Source: Rhodospirillaceae bacterium
GTDB taxonomy: Bacteria; Pseudomonadota; Alphaproteobacteria; MPNO01; UBA2964
Direction of reading: 5' to 3'
Assembly: GCA_002720855.1 (NCBI GenBank)
Contig: PBIN01000009.1
Location: forward strand, 153,222 to 217,221
DNA: 64,000 bases
The notes under the pieces were generated by a model. The model saw nothing but the letters and a program-made list of their open reading frames with translations. It had not been told where the DNA came from and did not search any database. Positions 44,041 through 54,367 of the stretch are shown here, in pieces; the first letter of the stretch is position 1; every line of letters starts with the position of its first letter. Both the position numbers and the translations under genes were made by a program.

Positions 44041-46134
44041 ATGAGTGGAAATGCCCGCTTTCGCCTCGGCGTTGATGTCGGCGGTACCCATACAGATTTG
44101 GTCTTGCTCGATGTCGAGTCGGGAGAAATTGCTGTCGAAAAGGTCTCAAGCACACCGCACAATCCGGCGATCGGCGTCTTGAACGGTGTGAACAATTTTG
44201 TGGCGAAGGGTACACCTCCGGAAGAAATTGAATTCTTTTCCCACGGGACAACAATTACGACCAATGCGTTGCTTGAAATGCGTGGTGCAAAAGTCGGCCT
44301 CATGATTACTGATGGGTATCGGGCTGTTCAGGAAATTCAAAGTCAGGGTCGGGACGGCAATCCATTTGACTATTTCTATGACAAACCGGTTCATCTTGCA
44401 CCGCAGAGTATGACGCGCGAGATACCAGGGCGTGTCGATTGGGAAGGTACTGAACTCACGCCTTTGGATGAAAGCGCCGTGCAGGAACATGCCCGCTCAT
44501 TAATGGCATCTGGCGCAACGTCGATTGCGGTTTGTTATCTGTTTTCTTATGCGAATTCGGCGCATGAAGAGAGAACTCGCGATCTTATCCTCGAAGAATT
44601 TCCGGAGGCACATGTATCTCTCTCTTCGGAAGTTTTGCCCCGTATCCGTGAATGGCCACGCCTGTCGACGACTTTATTGAATGCCTATCTCGGTCCGGTT
44701 CTCGTCAATTACATCGGTGACCTGAACAAGGGTCTCAATGATGGTGGTGTAACCACTCAGCAACGTTTCCTCATGCAGTCGAACGGCGGCGTGATGCCGT
44801 TTACCGCTGCAGTGCAGGGCGGAAAAACCGTATACACCTTGTTTTCGGGTCCGGCAGCGGGTGCCCAGGCGGGTGCCTATCTCTCCGGCGATGATGCCAT
44901 GAAGGGCATTGTTACGCTCGATATGGGAGGCACATCAGCCGATATCGCTTTTATCGAAGGCGGTGAACCATTGGAGGTCACGGAAGTTGTCGTTGCCCGG
45001 AGACCAATGGGCGTTCCGGCCCTCGATTTGACGACGATTTCCGCCGGGGGAGGGTCGATCGCCTGGATAGACCGTGGTGGATTCCTCTGTGTTGGGCCAC
45101 AAAGTGCAGGCGCGGATCCCGGTCCGGCCTGTTACGGCAAAGGTGGAGAAGACCCTGCGGTCACGGATGCTGATATCGCGCTGGGATATCTGAATCCCGG
45201 CTATTTCCTGGGTGGCTCACAAAACCTGGATATAGAGGCTTCGGAAAAAGCGCTTGAAACGAAGATCGCCAAACCTCTCGGAATGACAGTGCGTCAGGCG
45301 GCGGCCGGAATTCGGCGGATCGTCGATCTCCGAATGGCCGATGAAGTCAAGGTGTTTGGGGCAAAACGGGGCGTCGATCCACAGGATTTCTGCTTGTTGC
45401 CGTTTGGTGGCGCCGGGGCAGTCCATGCGGCGTCCGTTGCTGAAGAGTTAGGTATTACCCGTATTTTTGTGCCTCCACGACCGGGGGCTTTTTCAGCGCT
45501 AGGGCTTCTTTGTACAGACATCGTTCACGATTACGTTCGGTCAGAACTGCGTCCCATGGAACTGGTGACACCGGAACATGCTGAAGAAGTCTTTCAGGAG
45601 TTAGAAGCGCGCGGAATTTCAGAATTGAAAGAAGAAGGCATTGAACCCGAAGGTGCACGGTTTGAACGTGAGCTTGACGTCCGGTACACGGGCCAGGGCT
45701 ATGAATTGCGGGTGTCTTTGGATGGTCTCGGCGGTGAAGGCGGACTTGCGAGTGACGATATGGCATCAGCGCGAGATCGGTTTGATGACCGTCATGCTCA
45801 AATTCATGGTCATGCGGCGAAGGACCGCCCTGTTGAAATTGTCAGCTATCGTGTTCGGCTGCGTGTCGCGGTTCCAAAATACGAACCCGTACCCGCGGAT
45901 GAGGTGAAAGAAATCGATGCACCGGCAGACGCCGTAAAGGGGACACGGATGGTTTTCTTTGATGCTGAGGAAGCAACAGAGACGACACTATTCGAGCGAG
46001 ACGGGTTACCCATCGGTGCCCGCATTGATGGCCCGGCAATCGTCGAACAGTTTGATTCGACCATCGTTGTCCCGCAAAGCTGGGTTGGGCGGATAGATGG
46101 TTTTGGCAACCTCATCCTGAGTAGGGAGAAGTAA
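44041..46134 (+). CDS. hyuA: Hydantoinase/oxoprolinase A-type subunit (HyuA-like).
   Basis: 697 aa. N-terminal LGVDVGGTHTD hydantoinase-A fold. Confidence 0.8.
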   Translation: MSGNARFRLGVDVGGTHTDLVLLDVESGEIAVEKVSSTPHNPAIGVLNGVNNFVAKGTPPEEIEFFSHGTTITTNALLEMRGAKVGLMITDGYRAVQEIQSQGRDGNPFDYFYDKPVHLAPQSMTREIPGRVDWEGTELTPLDESAVQEHARSLMASGATSIAVCYLFSYANSAHEERTRDLILEEFPEAHVSLSSEVLPRIREWPRLSTTLLNAYLGPVLVNYIGDLNKGLNDGGVTTQQRFLMQSNGGVMPFTAAVQGGKTVYTLFSGPAAGAQAGAYLSGDDAMKGIVTLDMGGTSADIAFIEGGEPLEVTEVVVARRPMGVPALDLTTISAGGGSIAWIDRGGFLCVGPQSAGADPGPACYGKGGEDPAVTDADIALGYLNPGYFLGGSQNLDIEASEKALETKIAKPLGMTVRQAAAGIRRIVDLRMADEVKVFGAKRGVDPQDFCLLPFGGAGAVHAASVAEELGITRIFVPPRPGAFSALGLLCTDIVHDYVRSELRPMELVTPEHAEEVFQELEARGISELKEEGIEPEGARFERELDVRYTGQGYELRVSLDGLGGEGGLASDDMASARDRFDDRHAQIHGHAAKDRPVEIVSYRVRLRVAVPKYEPVPADEVKEIDAPADAVKGTRMVFFDAEEATETTLFERDGLPIGARIDGPAIVEQFDSTIVVPQSWVGRIDGFGNLILSREK

Positions 46135-46135
46135 G

Positions 46136-47797
46136 ATGGATCCGGTAACCGTACAAATTCTCCGGAACAAGGTTTCAAGCCTCGTCGATGAAATGCACTA
46201 TCATTTCTACCGCTCAGGTTATTCAACGATTATTCGTGAATCTCGGGATTTCAGCTGCGTCATTCTGGATCCAAGAGGACGTCTCATCATCCCGCCGCCG
46301 ATGTTCTTTCACGGCATTGCCTACAGAACTTTTGTCGAAAATCTTTTTAAAAACTATGATTTAGAAGAGATTGAAGACGGCGACGTTTTTGTATCCAACC
46401 ATCCCTATGAAGCGGGCATGCCGCATGTCTCTGATATGGGGTTTGTCGCGCCGATTTTCGCAGATAGCAAACTCGTCGGATTCTCGGCCTCAATTGCCCA
46501 TAAAGCCGATATCGGAGGTACCAATCCAGGCAGCACCTCTGCCAATTCGACTGAGCTTTATCATGAGGGTCTTTTGTTGCCACCGATCAAGTTTCATCGC
46601 GCCGGTGTGCCCGATCCAGACATCGAACGCGTAATCCTCGGTAATAGCCGTCACCCCGATTTGGTGCGTGGCGATATTCATGCTCAGGTCGCCGCGACCA
46701 AAATGGGTGTCGAACGGATGAAGGAAAACGCTGAACGGTTTGGTGCGGATACCGTTATCGGTGCGTTCAACGCTATACTTGATGGCGCGGCCGAAGAATT
46801 GAAGAAAGCAATCGCCGCATTGCCCGACGGTACGTCATCTGCCGAAGGCTATATGGATGACGATGGTGTCGATCGGGATACACCGGTCAAGTTTGCAGTC
46901 ACTATCACCATAGACGGCGACAATGCCATTTTCGATTATTCGAACAGCGGACCGCAGGCGAAAGGTCCGGTCAATTTGCGCCCTGCTATGGTCGAAGCTT
47001 GCACTTTCTATTGCCTTGTTGGCGCTCTAGGGCCCCATGAGCTGCATTACAATGGCGGCATGGGTGATGTCGTCGAGTTGCGGTTCGCACCCAATACCGT
47101 AACCAATGCGAGCCCTCCGGCACCGGTGTCGTCCTATCAGAAGGCAAACCTGCGTCTCGTCGATGTCATTCTCGATGCGATGTCCAAATTTACCCCGACG
47201 CGCGCTATTGCCGGTTCAGGTTCCTCTGGTTCACTTCTCATTTCATGGCAGGGAGGTGGACGACCAGGACACTCCACGATGCAGTATGAAATTATGGGCT
47301 CTGCATATGGCGGCGGTTATGGTCACGACGGCTGTTCGATGACGGCGACGCATCTGTCGAATCTGCATATCACACCAATCGAAATTCTTGAATCGGAATA
47401 CCCCTGTCGTGTTACCGAAATGTCGGTGATTCCAGATTCTGCGGGGGCAGGGGAGTTCCGTGGTGGCGTTGTGTTCCGCCGACGCTATGAATTGTTGCAG
47501 GACGCCATAGTCGTGCGGCGCTACGAACGCGCCAAATTTCCTGCCAGCGGCGTCGGTGGCGGACAGGATGGCCAGGCGAGCAAGTTTATAAAAATTAATC
47601 ACAATGGCTCGGAAATTGAACTCGAAGCCGCCGGCAAGTATGAAATGACGGCTGGCGAGGGGTTTTATATGGAAAAGGCCGGCGGTGCCGGCTTTGGCGA
47701 TCCAAAAAAACGTGACCCTGAAGCGATCAAGCGAGACATCGCCGAAGGTTATATTACGCCCGAGGGGGCAAAGCGTGATTACGGCTATGACGGCTGA
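46136..47797 (+). CDS. hyuB: Hydantoinase B / oxoprolinase subunit (HyuB-like).
   Basis: 553 aa. Its start is 2 nt after the hyuA stop. Confidence 0.8.
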   Translation: MDPVTVQILRNKVSSLVDEMHYHFYRSGYSTIIRESRDFSCVILDPRGRLIIPPPMFFHGIAYRTFVENLFKNYDLEEIEDGDVFVSNHPYEAGMPHVSDMGFVAPIFADSKLVGFSASIAHKADIGGTNPGSTSANSTELYHEGLLLPPIKFHRAGVPDPDIERVILGNSRHPDLVRGDIHAQVAATKMGVERMKENAERFGADTVIGAFNAILDGAAEELKKAIAALPDGTSSAEGYMDDDGVDRDTPVKFAVTITIDGDNAIFDYSNSGPQAKGPVNLRPAMVEACTFYCLVGALGPHELHYNGGMGDVVELRFAPNTVTNASPPAPVSSYQKANLRLVDVILDAMSKFTPTRAIAGSGSSGSLLISWQGGGRPGHSTMQYEIMGSAYGGGYGHDGCSMTATHLSNLHITPIEILESEYPCRVTEMSVIPDSAGAGEFRGGVVFRRRYELLQDAIVVRRYERAKFPASGVGGGQDGQASKFIKINHNGSEIELEAAGKYEMTAGEGFYMEKAGGAGFGDPKKRDPEAIKRDIAEGYITPEGAKRDYGYDG

Positions 47798-47812
47798 AGA
47801 AAGAGTTGAATA

Positions 47813-47855
47813 AAAAAAGGGCCGGGAAATTCCCGGCCCTTTCTATTTTTGTTTG
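47813..47855. terminator. Bidirectional rho-independent terminator.
   Basis: A7, stem GGGCCGGGAA, a, stem TTCCCGGCCC, then TTTCTATTTTTGTTT. It lies between convergent genes. Confidence 0.7.
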
Positions 47856-47861
47856 GCGAGA

Positions 47862-48896
47862 TTAGCTCTTCTTACCAAAGATAATTCCACGGGCCCGTTT
47901 AACGATGGGCGTAGGAATATTCATCAGATCATTAACAACTTTCTGAATGTCCTTCCCGGAAATAGGATTGACTTGGAGGCCACGCTTATAGGCATCCTTG
48001 ATGAAAGCCTTGTCTTTGGTGATCTTGGCAAACGACGCGCGAAGCGGGGCTACGAGGCCTTTAGGAGCGCCCGGCGGCAATACGAGACCACGCCCGATAA
48101 CCGACGCTGAAGCCAACATTCGTGCGACAGCTTTGTCCTCGTCGTTCTTAAGCAATGACTTTACCATAGGAATGTTTTCGATACCCTTTTGCGGTGCGTA
48201 ACCACTCTGAACGAGAGCATAAGCAAATTGTTTCTTGCCCTTGAACCAATCTCCTTTGGCGGAGTCCCAAGCGGTCCAGCCAAGAGCGAGGCCTTGCACT
48301 TCGCCCTGTTCCATCGCCAGCTGCATCTTACGGGAACCACGGTAACCGGTAACGATCTTCAGTTTACTACCGGTCAACGCATTCAACATTGCGGGAATCA
48401 GGAATGTCGGTGAACCCTTTCCGCTTGACCCGACGATGACCTCTTTACCTTTCAGATCACTGAAAGTCTTGACTCCGCTATCAGCACGAACGGCCAATGT
48501 ACTATTCTGTCCGAAAACCCGACCAAGCCAAGTGAACTTTTTGACATCATATTTGACTTTTTTGGGCCGCAGTAGCTTTGAGGCGACAATCATCTCCGGA
48601 GGCATCAAGAAGTTTTTGCCGCGTTTCGGCATGACGTTATAGGCGTAGGAAGTTGCTTTAAGTCCGCCAGCGCCCGGCATATGTTGAACAACGATGTTCG
48701 GATTACCAGGAATAACCTTGCTCAAATGTGCGCCAAGCAAGAGTGATGTACGGCCATAAGTACCACCTGCGCCATAGCCGACGAGGATAGTAACAGTCCG
48801 GTCTTTATAAAGCTTATTAAGGTCCTGGGCGCTAACGCTTGCACCCATCGCCATCACAGCTGTTGCTGAAATGGCTCCCATCAATAGTTTTTTCAT
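47862..48896 (-). CDS. Tripartite tricarboxylate transporter substrate-binding protein (TctC/Bug family), orphan.
   Basis: Signal peptide MKKLLMGAISATAVMAMGASVSA. Bug-family fold. No tctAB genes are adjacent. Confidence 0.7.
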   Translation of the reverse strand: MKKLLMGAISATAVMAMGASVSAQDLNKLYKDRTVTILVGYGAGGTYGRTSLLLGAHLSKVIPGNPNIVVQHMPGAGGLKATSYAYNVMPKRGKNFLMPPEMIVASKLLRPKKVKYDVKKFTWLGRVFGQNSTLAVRADSGVKTFSDLKGKEVIVGSSGKGSPTFLIPAMLNALTGSKLKIVTGYRGSRKMQLAMEQGEVQGLALGWTAWDSAKGDWFKGKKQFAYALVQSGYAPQKGIENIPMVKSLLKNDEDKAVARMLASASVIGRGLVLPPGAPKGLVAPLRASFAKITKDKAFIKDAYKRGLQVNPISGKDIQKVVNDLMNIPTPIVKRARGIIFGKKS

Positions 48897-49033
48897 ATAT
48901 ACCTCCTGTGAAACTAATAACTTCTGCAAACGTTTGTTAATGCATGGGGCCAAGATAAGCAGACTACGCCTAACTTTTCCAGCCGAAATCGTCTAAGTGA
49001 AATCTGGCAAGATCAAGGCAAAACGGTTCACGA

Positions 49034-50083
49034 TTAGTTTAATCCGTAAAGCCGTTTCGCATTGTCGTCCAAAATCTTATCCGCGGACTTCTCAGGAACC
49101 TTTCCATCGCTCCGCAGCTTCCGTAGTGCCTCAATTTCTGTTGAAGTATCGCTGTGTCCATAATCCGTACCGACGACGATATTATCATCGCCTACTGTGT
49201 CCAGAATATAATCGAGGTCGTCGGTCACCTGGCACGCGATAAACATATTGTTGTCGCCAAGTGGGTCCTCTGAAAGCTCGCGACCGTGACGATTTATTCT
49301 TAGTTCCAAATCATTTAGCGCGTAGGGCACCCATTGCGCGCTCAGTTCCACAAACCCCCACCGCACTTTCGGGAATTTGCCTGGAATGTCATTAAAGAGA
49401 AGATCGTGAAAACTGCCTACGCCGGAAAGTTTGAAACGATTAAACCCCGGATCGGAGCGGTAAGCTTCGTGAATGGCGAAACTCGCAATGCCCGAATGCA
49501 GGCAAATCGGCAAATCAAACTCCGCCGACATTTCATATAGCGGGTAGAAGTAGGGATCTGATGGTAAACGGTCGGTTTCCATGGCGCGAACAAAAATACC
49601 GCAAGCGCCGTTATCCTTGCCGAACTTAAGCTCTTCGCGGACCTTATCCATTGCGTAAAGTGGCGGGCAAACCACCCAGCGTAACTCTTCCGGAGCGGCT
49701 TTATTAATTTCGGCGAGCCAGCGGTTATAGCCCTTGCACAGCGCATAATCGATTTCCGCATTTGTTGTTAGCGGCCGTAGAAATAGCGTCGGATAAAGAA
49801 CCTGAACGTCGACTTCTAGTTCATGCATGTGGTCAATGCGCGCCTGAACATCTCGCATTTCGCGAGACTCGGCTGCTGTATCAAGACCGACATTGAATTG
49901 TTTGTTGTGGATACGGCCGTCGACGACCCAAAACTCTTTTTGAACGTTGCCACTGGATCCGCGCAGTTCCTCTCCCGTGGACTGGGTAACGACCATCGGT
50001 GTGTATTTTTTATGGTCGGGATCCATGTGTTCCCAGGTAAGTGGAGTTTCGAGTACGTGGGCATCAGCATCTATCGTAGCCAT
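49034..50083 (-). CDS. Amidohydrolase-2 family enzyme (ACMSD/LigW-like decarboxylase or hydratase).
   Basis: IDADAHVLE N-terminal motif and C-terminal VVGTDYGHSD. Confidence 0.65.
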   Translation of the reverse strand: MATIDADAHVLETPLTWEHMDPDHKKYTPMVVTQSTGEELRGSSGNVQKEFWVVDGRIHNKQFNVGLDTAAESREMRDVQARIDHMHELEVDVQVLYPTLFLRPLTTNAEIDYALCKGYNRWLAEINKAAPEELRWVVCPPLYAMDKVREELKFGKDNGACGIFVRAMETDRLPSDPYFYPLYEMSAEFDLPICLHSGIASFAIHEAYRSDPGFNRFKLSGVGSFHDLLFNDIPGKFPKVRWGFVELSAQWVPYALNDLELRINRHGRELSEDPLGDNNMFIACQVTDDLDYILDTVGDDNIVVGTDYGHSDTSTEIEALRKLRSDGKVPEKSADKILDDNAKRLYGLN

Positions 50084-50403
50084 CTCTGTCTCCCTGAAAT
50101 GTCTCTAAGCGGACGTTAGGTTATTCACGCGCAAGCATACTCATTTTGGGCCAATATCCAAGCTGGTCGGCGCAAAAATTCCCAGCAGGAATGCGGTCAA
50201 ATTGCGACTAGATTGCTGTCGCTACCTTTCGGGACATAAAGAGGAATCAATGGTTTGTATCGGAACCGTCACGTTCTTATGACATGAAAGGCGTGAGATA
50301 AATAACGCCTTTGTTGGACATTTTACGTGGTTAACAGAACGTTTACGAAAACGGTCACATTATGTCTAAATATTTACCATGATTAGTTGGTGTTATTACT
50401 TAT

Positions 50404-51024
50404 ATGAAAATTCTTACAACGGCCGAAGCTGCCGATCTTCTAAAAATTAAGTCTGATACGCTCTATTCACTCGTTGAAAAAGAAGGTCTTCCAGGTGCAA
50501 AGGTAGGCAATCAATGGCGGTTTATCGAAGAAGATATCGTTAACTGGCTCTCTAGCAAACGGGATCGCAGGTCGGAGAACGCAGATTCCGTGTCGAAAAG
50601 CGAGTTCGAGTGGGTGTATCGCAGCCTGGTGGAAGCGACTTTCGACGCAGTTCTGGTTTCTGAAAATAATATCATCGCCGATTGCAACGACGCAGCGCCA
50701 TTGTTTTATGGATATCCAAAACAGGAATTAATCGGAAAATCTTTACACGACGTCATGGTTCCCGAGTTTCATGAGGAGTTGAATGAAACTTTGCGCCTTA
50801 GGCGAACTGGGATAATTCAACGCATTCATCGCCGAAGTGATGGAATAGTTATTCCGGTGGAGGTCTCTATAAAGTCCTTCGATCGCGATGGGGATATCGT
50901 CAGATTAGGGGCCATTAGAAGACTGACGCATCTAGACCCGGCGCTGTTATCTCCAAAGGTCCGGGAGGTTTTGGCCGGTTACGATGTGCAATCTATCACG
51001 CCTGGCAAGCTCTCCATTTCCTGA
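50404..51024 (+). CDS. Excisionase/MerR-type HTH domain fused to a PAS domain.
   Basis: The N-terminal 50 aa form a helix-turn-helix (AEAADLLKIKSDTLYSLVEKEGLPGAKVGNQWRF). A PAS-like core follows. Confidence 0.55.
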   Translation: MKILTTAEAADLLKIKSDTLYSLVEKEGLPGAKVGNQWRFIEEDIVNWLSSKRDRRSENADSVSKSEFEWVYRSLVEATFDAVLVSENNIIADCNDAAPLFYGYPKQELIGKSLHDVMVPEFHEELNETLRLRRTGIIQRIHRRSDGIVIPVEVSIKSFDRDGDIVRLGAIRRLTHLDPALLSPKVREVLAGYDVQSITPGKLSIS

Positions 51025-51038
51025 AGGTTTTCACTTTG

Positions 51039-52286
51039 CTATTCCCCGGCGACGGCAAGAGAAGCTTCATTTGAAGCGCGAGTAGCGGGCAACTTTATCG
51101 TAACCGTTGTTCCGACACCGAGTTCACTCTGAAGGTCAAGGGTTCCGTTGTGCAGCTCGACCAATGATTTTGTTAGCGGGAGCCCGAGCCCGGTCCCTTC
51201 GCGCTGTTTGCCATAGGTGCTATCTACCTGTTGAAAGCGGGCCAGCGCTTTGGGAATGTCATCTGCAGCAATTCCAATACCATTGTCACGTACCTGGACA
51301 ACGAATCCGGTCTCGGTGTCGAAGCGGGCTTTGACCGTTATTGTCCCTCCTGGGTCGGTGAATTTAACGGCATTGGAAAGGAGATTGATCAAAATTTGTT
51401 TTAGCCGTCTCTGATCAGCATAAACTAGCGGCAGTGATTGGTCTGAAAAGTCGTTGGAAAGGTTTACGTCTGTAGCCTCGGCACGTTCCTTGATAAACGT
51501 AATGCAGCTTGTAACTATCTCCTTAAAATCTAAATATTCTTCGGAAAATTCGACGTGGCCTGCCTCAAGTTTTGAAATATCAAGGACGTCGTTGATGAGG
51601 GCGAGGAGATGTTTTCCCGACAGCATGATATCGCCAGCATACTCTCGGTAATTAGAAGTGCCGACGGGACCAAGCGTCTCTCCGTTTATAATCTCGGAAA
51701 ATCCAATTATGGCATTTAGCGGCGTTCTAAGCTCATGGCTCATATTCGCAAGGAATTCTGTTTTTGCGCGATTGGCAAGTTCCGCTTCTTCTTTTGCGCT
51801 AACGAGTTCTTGTTCTGCTTTTTTGCGATCGGTTATGTCGCGACATACCACCTGAATGGCTTTCTCTCCTTTCCAATATAGCGGTGCAGCGGCGATCTCT
51901 CCAAAGTATATGCTGCCATCCAGGCGGACGCGCTTTACCTCATACAGATCGTCCTGACGGTGGCCCGCTCGAAGGTTCTCACGAAAACCGACCATCAATT
52001 TTTGACTGTCGGGATGTATGAAGTCGTCTGATGGTTTTCCCAAAATCTCCTCAAGGGATTTAGCGCCTACCTGTTTCAGAAAGGCATCGTTTGCGAATAC
52101 AAGCAGACGATCGACGTATATGATGATCGCTTCGGGGCATAATTCGAAAATCGTTCGAAATCTGTCCTCACTTTGGCGCAGCGTTGTTTCCTGCTGACGA
52201 AGTTTCCGGCGAAGCGACAGGTTCCAGATTAACGTTCCGCATATACCCAAAACGACAACAACACACACTATTAAAAAACTGGTCAT
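51039..52286 (-). CDS. PAS-domain sensor histidine kinase.
   Basis: N-terminal transmembrane segment, a PAS domain, an H-box [14 protein letters not shown] and HATPase motifs. Confidence 0.8.
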   Translation of the reverse strand: MTSFLIVCVVVVLGICGTLIWNLSLRRKLRQQETTLRQSEDRFRTIFELCPEAIIIYVDRLLVFANDAFLKQVGAKSLEEILGKPSDDFIHPDSQKLMVGFRENLRAGHRQDDLYEVKRVRLDGSIYFGEIAAAPLYWKGEKAIQVVCRDITDRKKAEQELVSAKEEAELANRAKTEFLANMSHELRTPLNAIIGFSEIINGETLGPVGTSNYREYAGDIMLSGKHLLALINDVLDISKLEAGHVEFSEEYLDFKEIVTSCITFIKERAEATDVNLSNDFSDQSLPLVYADQRRLKQILINLLSNAVKFTDPGGTITVKARFDTETGFVVQVRDNGIGIAADDIPKALARFQQVDSTYGKQREGTGLGLPLTKSLVELHNGTLDLQSELGVGTTVTIKLPATRASNEASLAVAGE

Positions 52287-52502
52287 GAGTGTTCCGGATT
52301 TCAGAATGCTGGCTTCACGACCAGCGTTTGGTTCAAATGCAATTTAGGGCAAGAAAAGTGCTAAACCGAAGGACCTGTTTCAGAAACCTATTCCCCGTAT
52401 TAAGCGGGGAAGCGAGATTAATTGTTCACAGCACCCAAGATTGCACACCTCAATACCTGTTCCCCAAGAAAATTGGGGTTACCCTAGAGTGGGATTTCAC
52501 TG

Positions 52503-52517
52503 GTTAATATTTTGTTA
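52503..52517. promoter_or_regulatory. TTAA-N7-TTAA CtrA-box-like sequence.
   Basis: ttaaTATTTTGttaa sits within an AT-rich divergent region. Confidence 0.2.
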
Positions 52518-52623
52518 ATATTTGGCCAGCACGGATCGGTTCCCCAGCGTATTGGTCAAGAATATTCTTCCTGTTACGATTACCGAACTAAATATTGACA
52601 CGAAGAGTGCAAACACGCGCGCG

Positions 52624-53673
52624 ATGGCAGATCAAACGAAACCAAAAAAGATACCGCGTCGTTGGCTCAAGAATCTGTGGAGCCAAATCGCAATTGTTGG
52701 CCCTGCATTGGCTTTGGTTGTTGCAGGTTTCATTTTTGCAGGCCAGTTCGTTGGCCCCGCACCGCCCGATCGTATTCTCATGGCAACGGGGTCTTCCTCG
52801 GGTGCGTATCAAGCTTTCGCGCAAAAATATGCAGAACGGTTTAAAAGTGAAGGAATTGAGCTGGTCCTAAAAAACAGTGCGGGGTCGGCAGAAAACCTTA
52901 ATAGCCTCACAGCCACAAATTCGGATGTGCCGGTTGCCTTCCTGCAAGGGGGGATCGGGAGTCCACAAGAATATCCAGAACTTCGATCGCTCGGCAGTGT
53001 GTATTACGAACCCCTGTGGGTTTTCGTACGCGGCGACAAGCCCATTGAATTTTTAACCTCGCTCGCCGGCCGCCGAATCGCAGTTGGTGCCAAGGGTAGC
53101 GGTACGCGTGCTATTGCGCTCCGTCTTTTGCGAGAGAACGGTGTCACCGCGGAGCAGGCAACATTAATCGAAATTGGTGGGTTAAAGTCGGCGCAGGCAT
53201 TGAAGGCAGGAGAAATTGACGCGGCTATTTTTGTAACGTCAGCGACGTCGAACACTGTCCGGGGATTGCTGGCGACACCGGGCATCACCCTAATGAATTT
53301 CGATAGGGCCGATGCGTATATTCGGCTCAATCGATTTCTCTCAAAGCTCGTTTTACCGAAAGGCGCCGTCGATCTTGTAGCAAACCTGCCAGAGAAGGAC
53401 GTTACGCTTTTGGCGCCCACCGCAACTGTTGTGGCATCGCCCGAGCTACATCCGGCACTCATCGATCTTCTGCTCCTGACAATGAAAGATGTACATCGCC
53501 CGGGCGGGCTCCTGGAAGAACCAGACGAATTTCCTTCGGGTCGTTACATCACCTATCCGCTAAATGATGCTGCGCAACGCTTCTACGACAAGGGCCCGCC
53601 ATTTCTGCAACGTTTTTTGCCTTTTTGGGCGGCCAATCTAATCGACCGCCTCAAGGTGATGATCCTGCCATAA
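52624..53673 (+). CDS. TAXI-family TRAP transporter solute-binding protein.
   Basis: The start is taken at MADQTKPKK. A signal/anchor segment IAIVGPALALVVAGFIFA is present. No permease gene follows. Confidence 0.65.
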   Translation: MADQTKPKKIPRRWLKNLWSQIAIVGPALALVVAGFIFAGQFVGPAPPDRILMATGSSSGAYQAFAQKYAERFKSEGIELVLKNSAGSAENLNSLTATNSDVPVAFLQGGIGSPQEYPELRSLGSVYYEPLWVFVRGDKPIEFLTSLAGRRIAVGAKGSGTRAIALRLLRENGVTAEQATLIEIGGLKSAQALKAGEIDAAIFVTSATSNTVRGLLATPGITLMNFDRADAYIRLNRFLSKLVLPKGAVDLVANLPEKDVTLLAPTATVVASPELHPALIDLLLLTMKDVHRPGGLLEEPDEFPSGRYITYPLNDAAQRFYDKGPPFLQRFLPFWAANLIDRLKVMILP

Positions 53674-53956
53674 CTCACCTTGCTGTACCCGCTTTTCAAG
53701 GTTCTGCCGCCCGCTTATAGCTGGCGCATGAGGACCAAAGTCAATCGTTGGTACAAGGATGTCCAGAAACTGGATGATAGAGTGAGAAGCCAGACGATCT
53801 CCCGAGCTGATGCCACCGTTGAACTGGATCGTATTGAACATGCCGTTGAAGAGGTTTCCGTCCCCGCTGCCTTTGCTGCCAGTGCGTATACGCTGCGGCT
53901 GCATATTGATTTTCTTCGGCGTCGAATCGAGGTCGGTGGCGTAGATCCAGGCGGGC

Positions 53957-54274
53957 CTATTGCGGCGGGCGATTAGGAAACTTGATTACGCTCCCCTGTT
54001 TGCGCGCAATCTGTAAAGGGCCATCGATATCGGCGTCCGCTCCGGTTGCAACGGCATAAGAAAGACTGTCAAGAATATTGACGGTTCTGTCCCGACCTTC
54101 TTTTGTCAAAAGGCGTATCACCGCCACATTGAGGAGTGCGTTGGGCATATAACGCCGCAAATCCAGCGACAGATCCTGCTCAACAAATTCGACAGTATTT
54201 TCAACGAAATCCGTTGCTTCCTGAATAACAGCGGTTTCGTTCCGATCCTTGCCCGCACCCATTAATTTTCCCAC
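53957..54274 (-). CDS. Hypothetical protein (105 aa).
   Basis: This ORF is divergent from the Fur-box-like site. It has no recognisable motif. Confidence 0.3.
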   Translation of the reverse strand: MGKLMGAGKDRNETAVIQEATDFVENTVEFVEQDLSLDLRRYMPNALLNVAVIRLLTKEGRDRTVNILDSLSYAVATGADADIDGPLQIARKQGSVIKFPNRPPQ

Positions 54275-54314
54275 TTGTTAAGAATGATTCTTATTTGCAA
54301 AAGAAATTATTACT

Positions 54315-54330
54315 GATAATAATAATCATT
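54315..54330. promoter_or_regulatory. Fur/Mur-box-like site GATAATAATAATCATT.
   Basis: 15 of 16 positions match the Fur consensus GATAATGATAATCATT. The site is embedded in a longer AT-rich inverted repeat (AATGATT...AATCATT). Confidence 0.45.
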
Positions 54331-54367
54331 CGCAATACAAAATGGCTTATTTAGGCGGTTTACGGGA

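Noticed and set aside
53680-53976. 98-aa ORF directly after the TAXI gene, considered as a permease remnant.
   Set aside because: It starts with TTG and overlaps an equally long reverse ORF. No membrane character or motif is present, so the coding status is unsupported.
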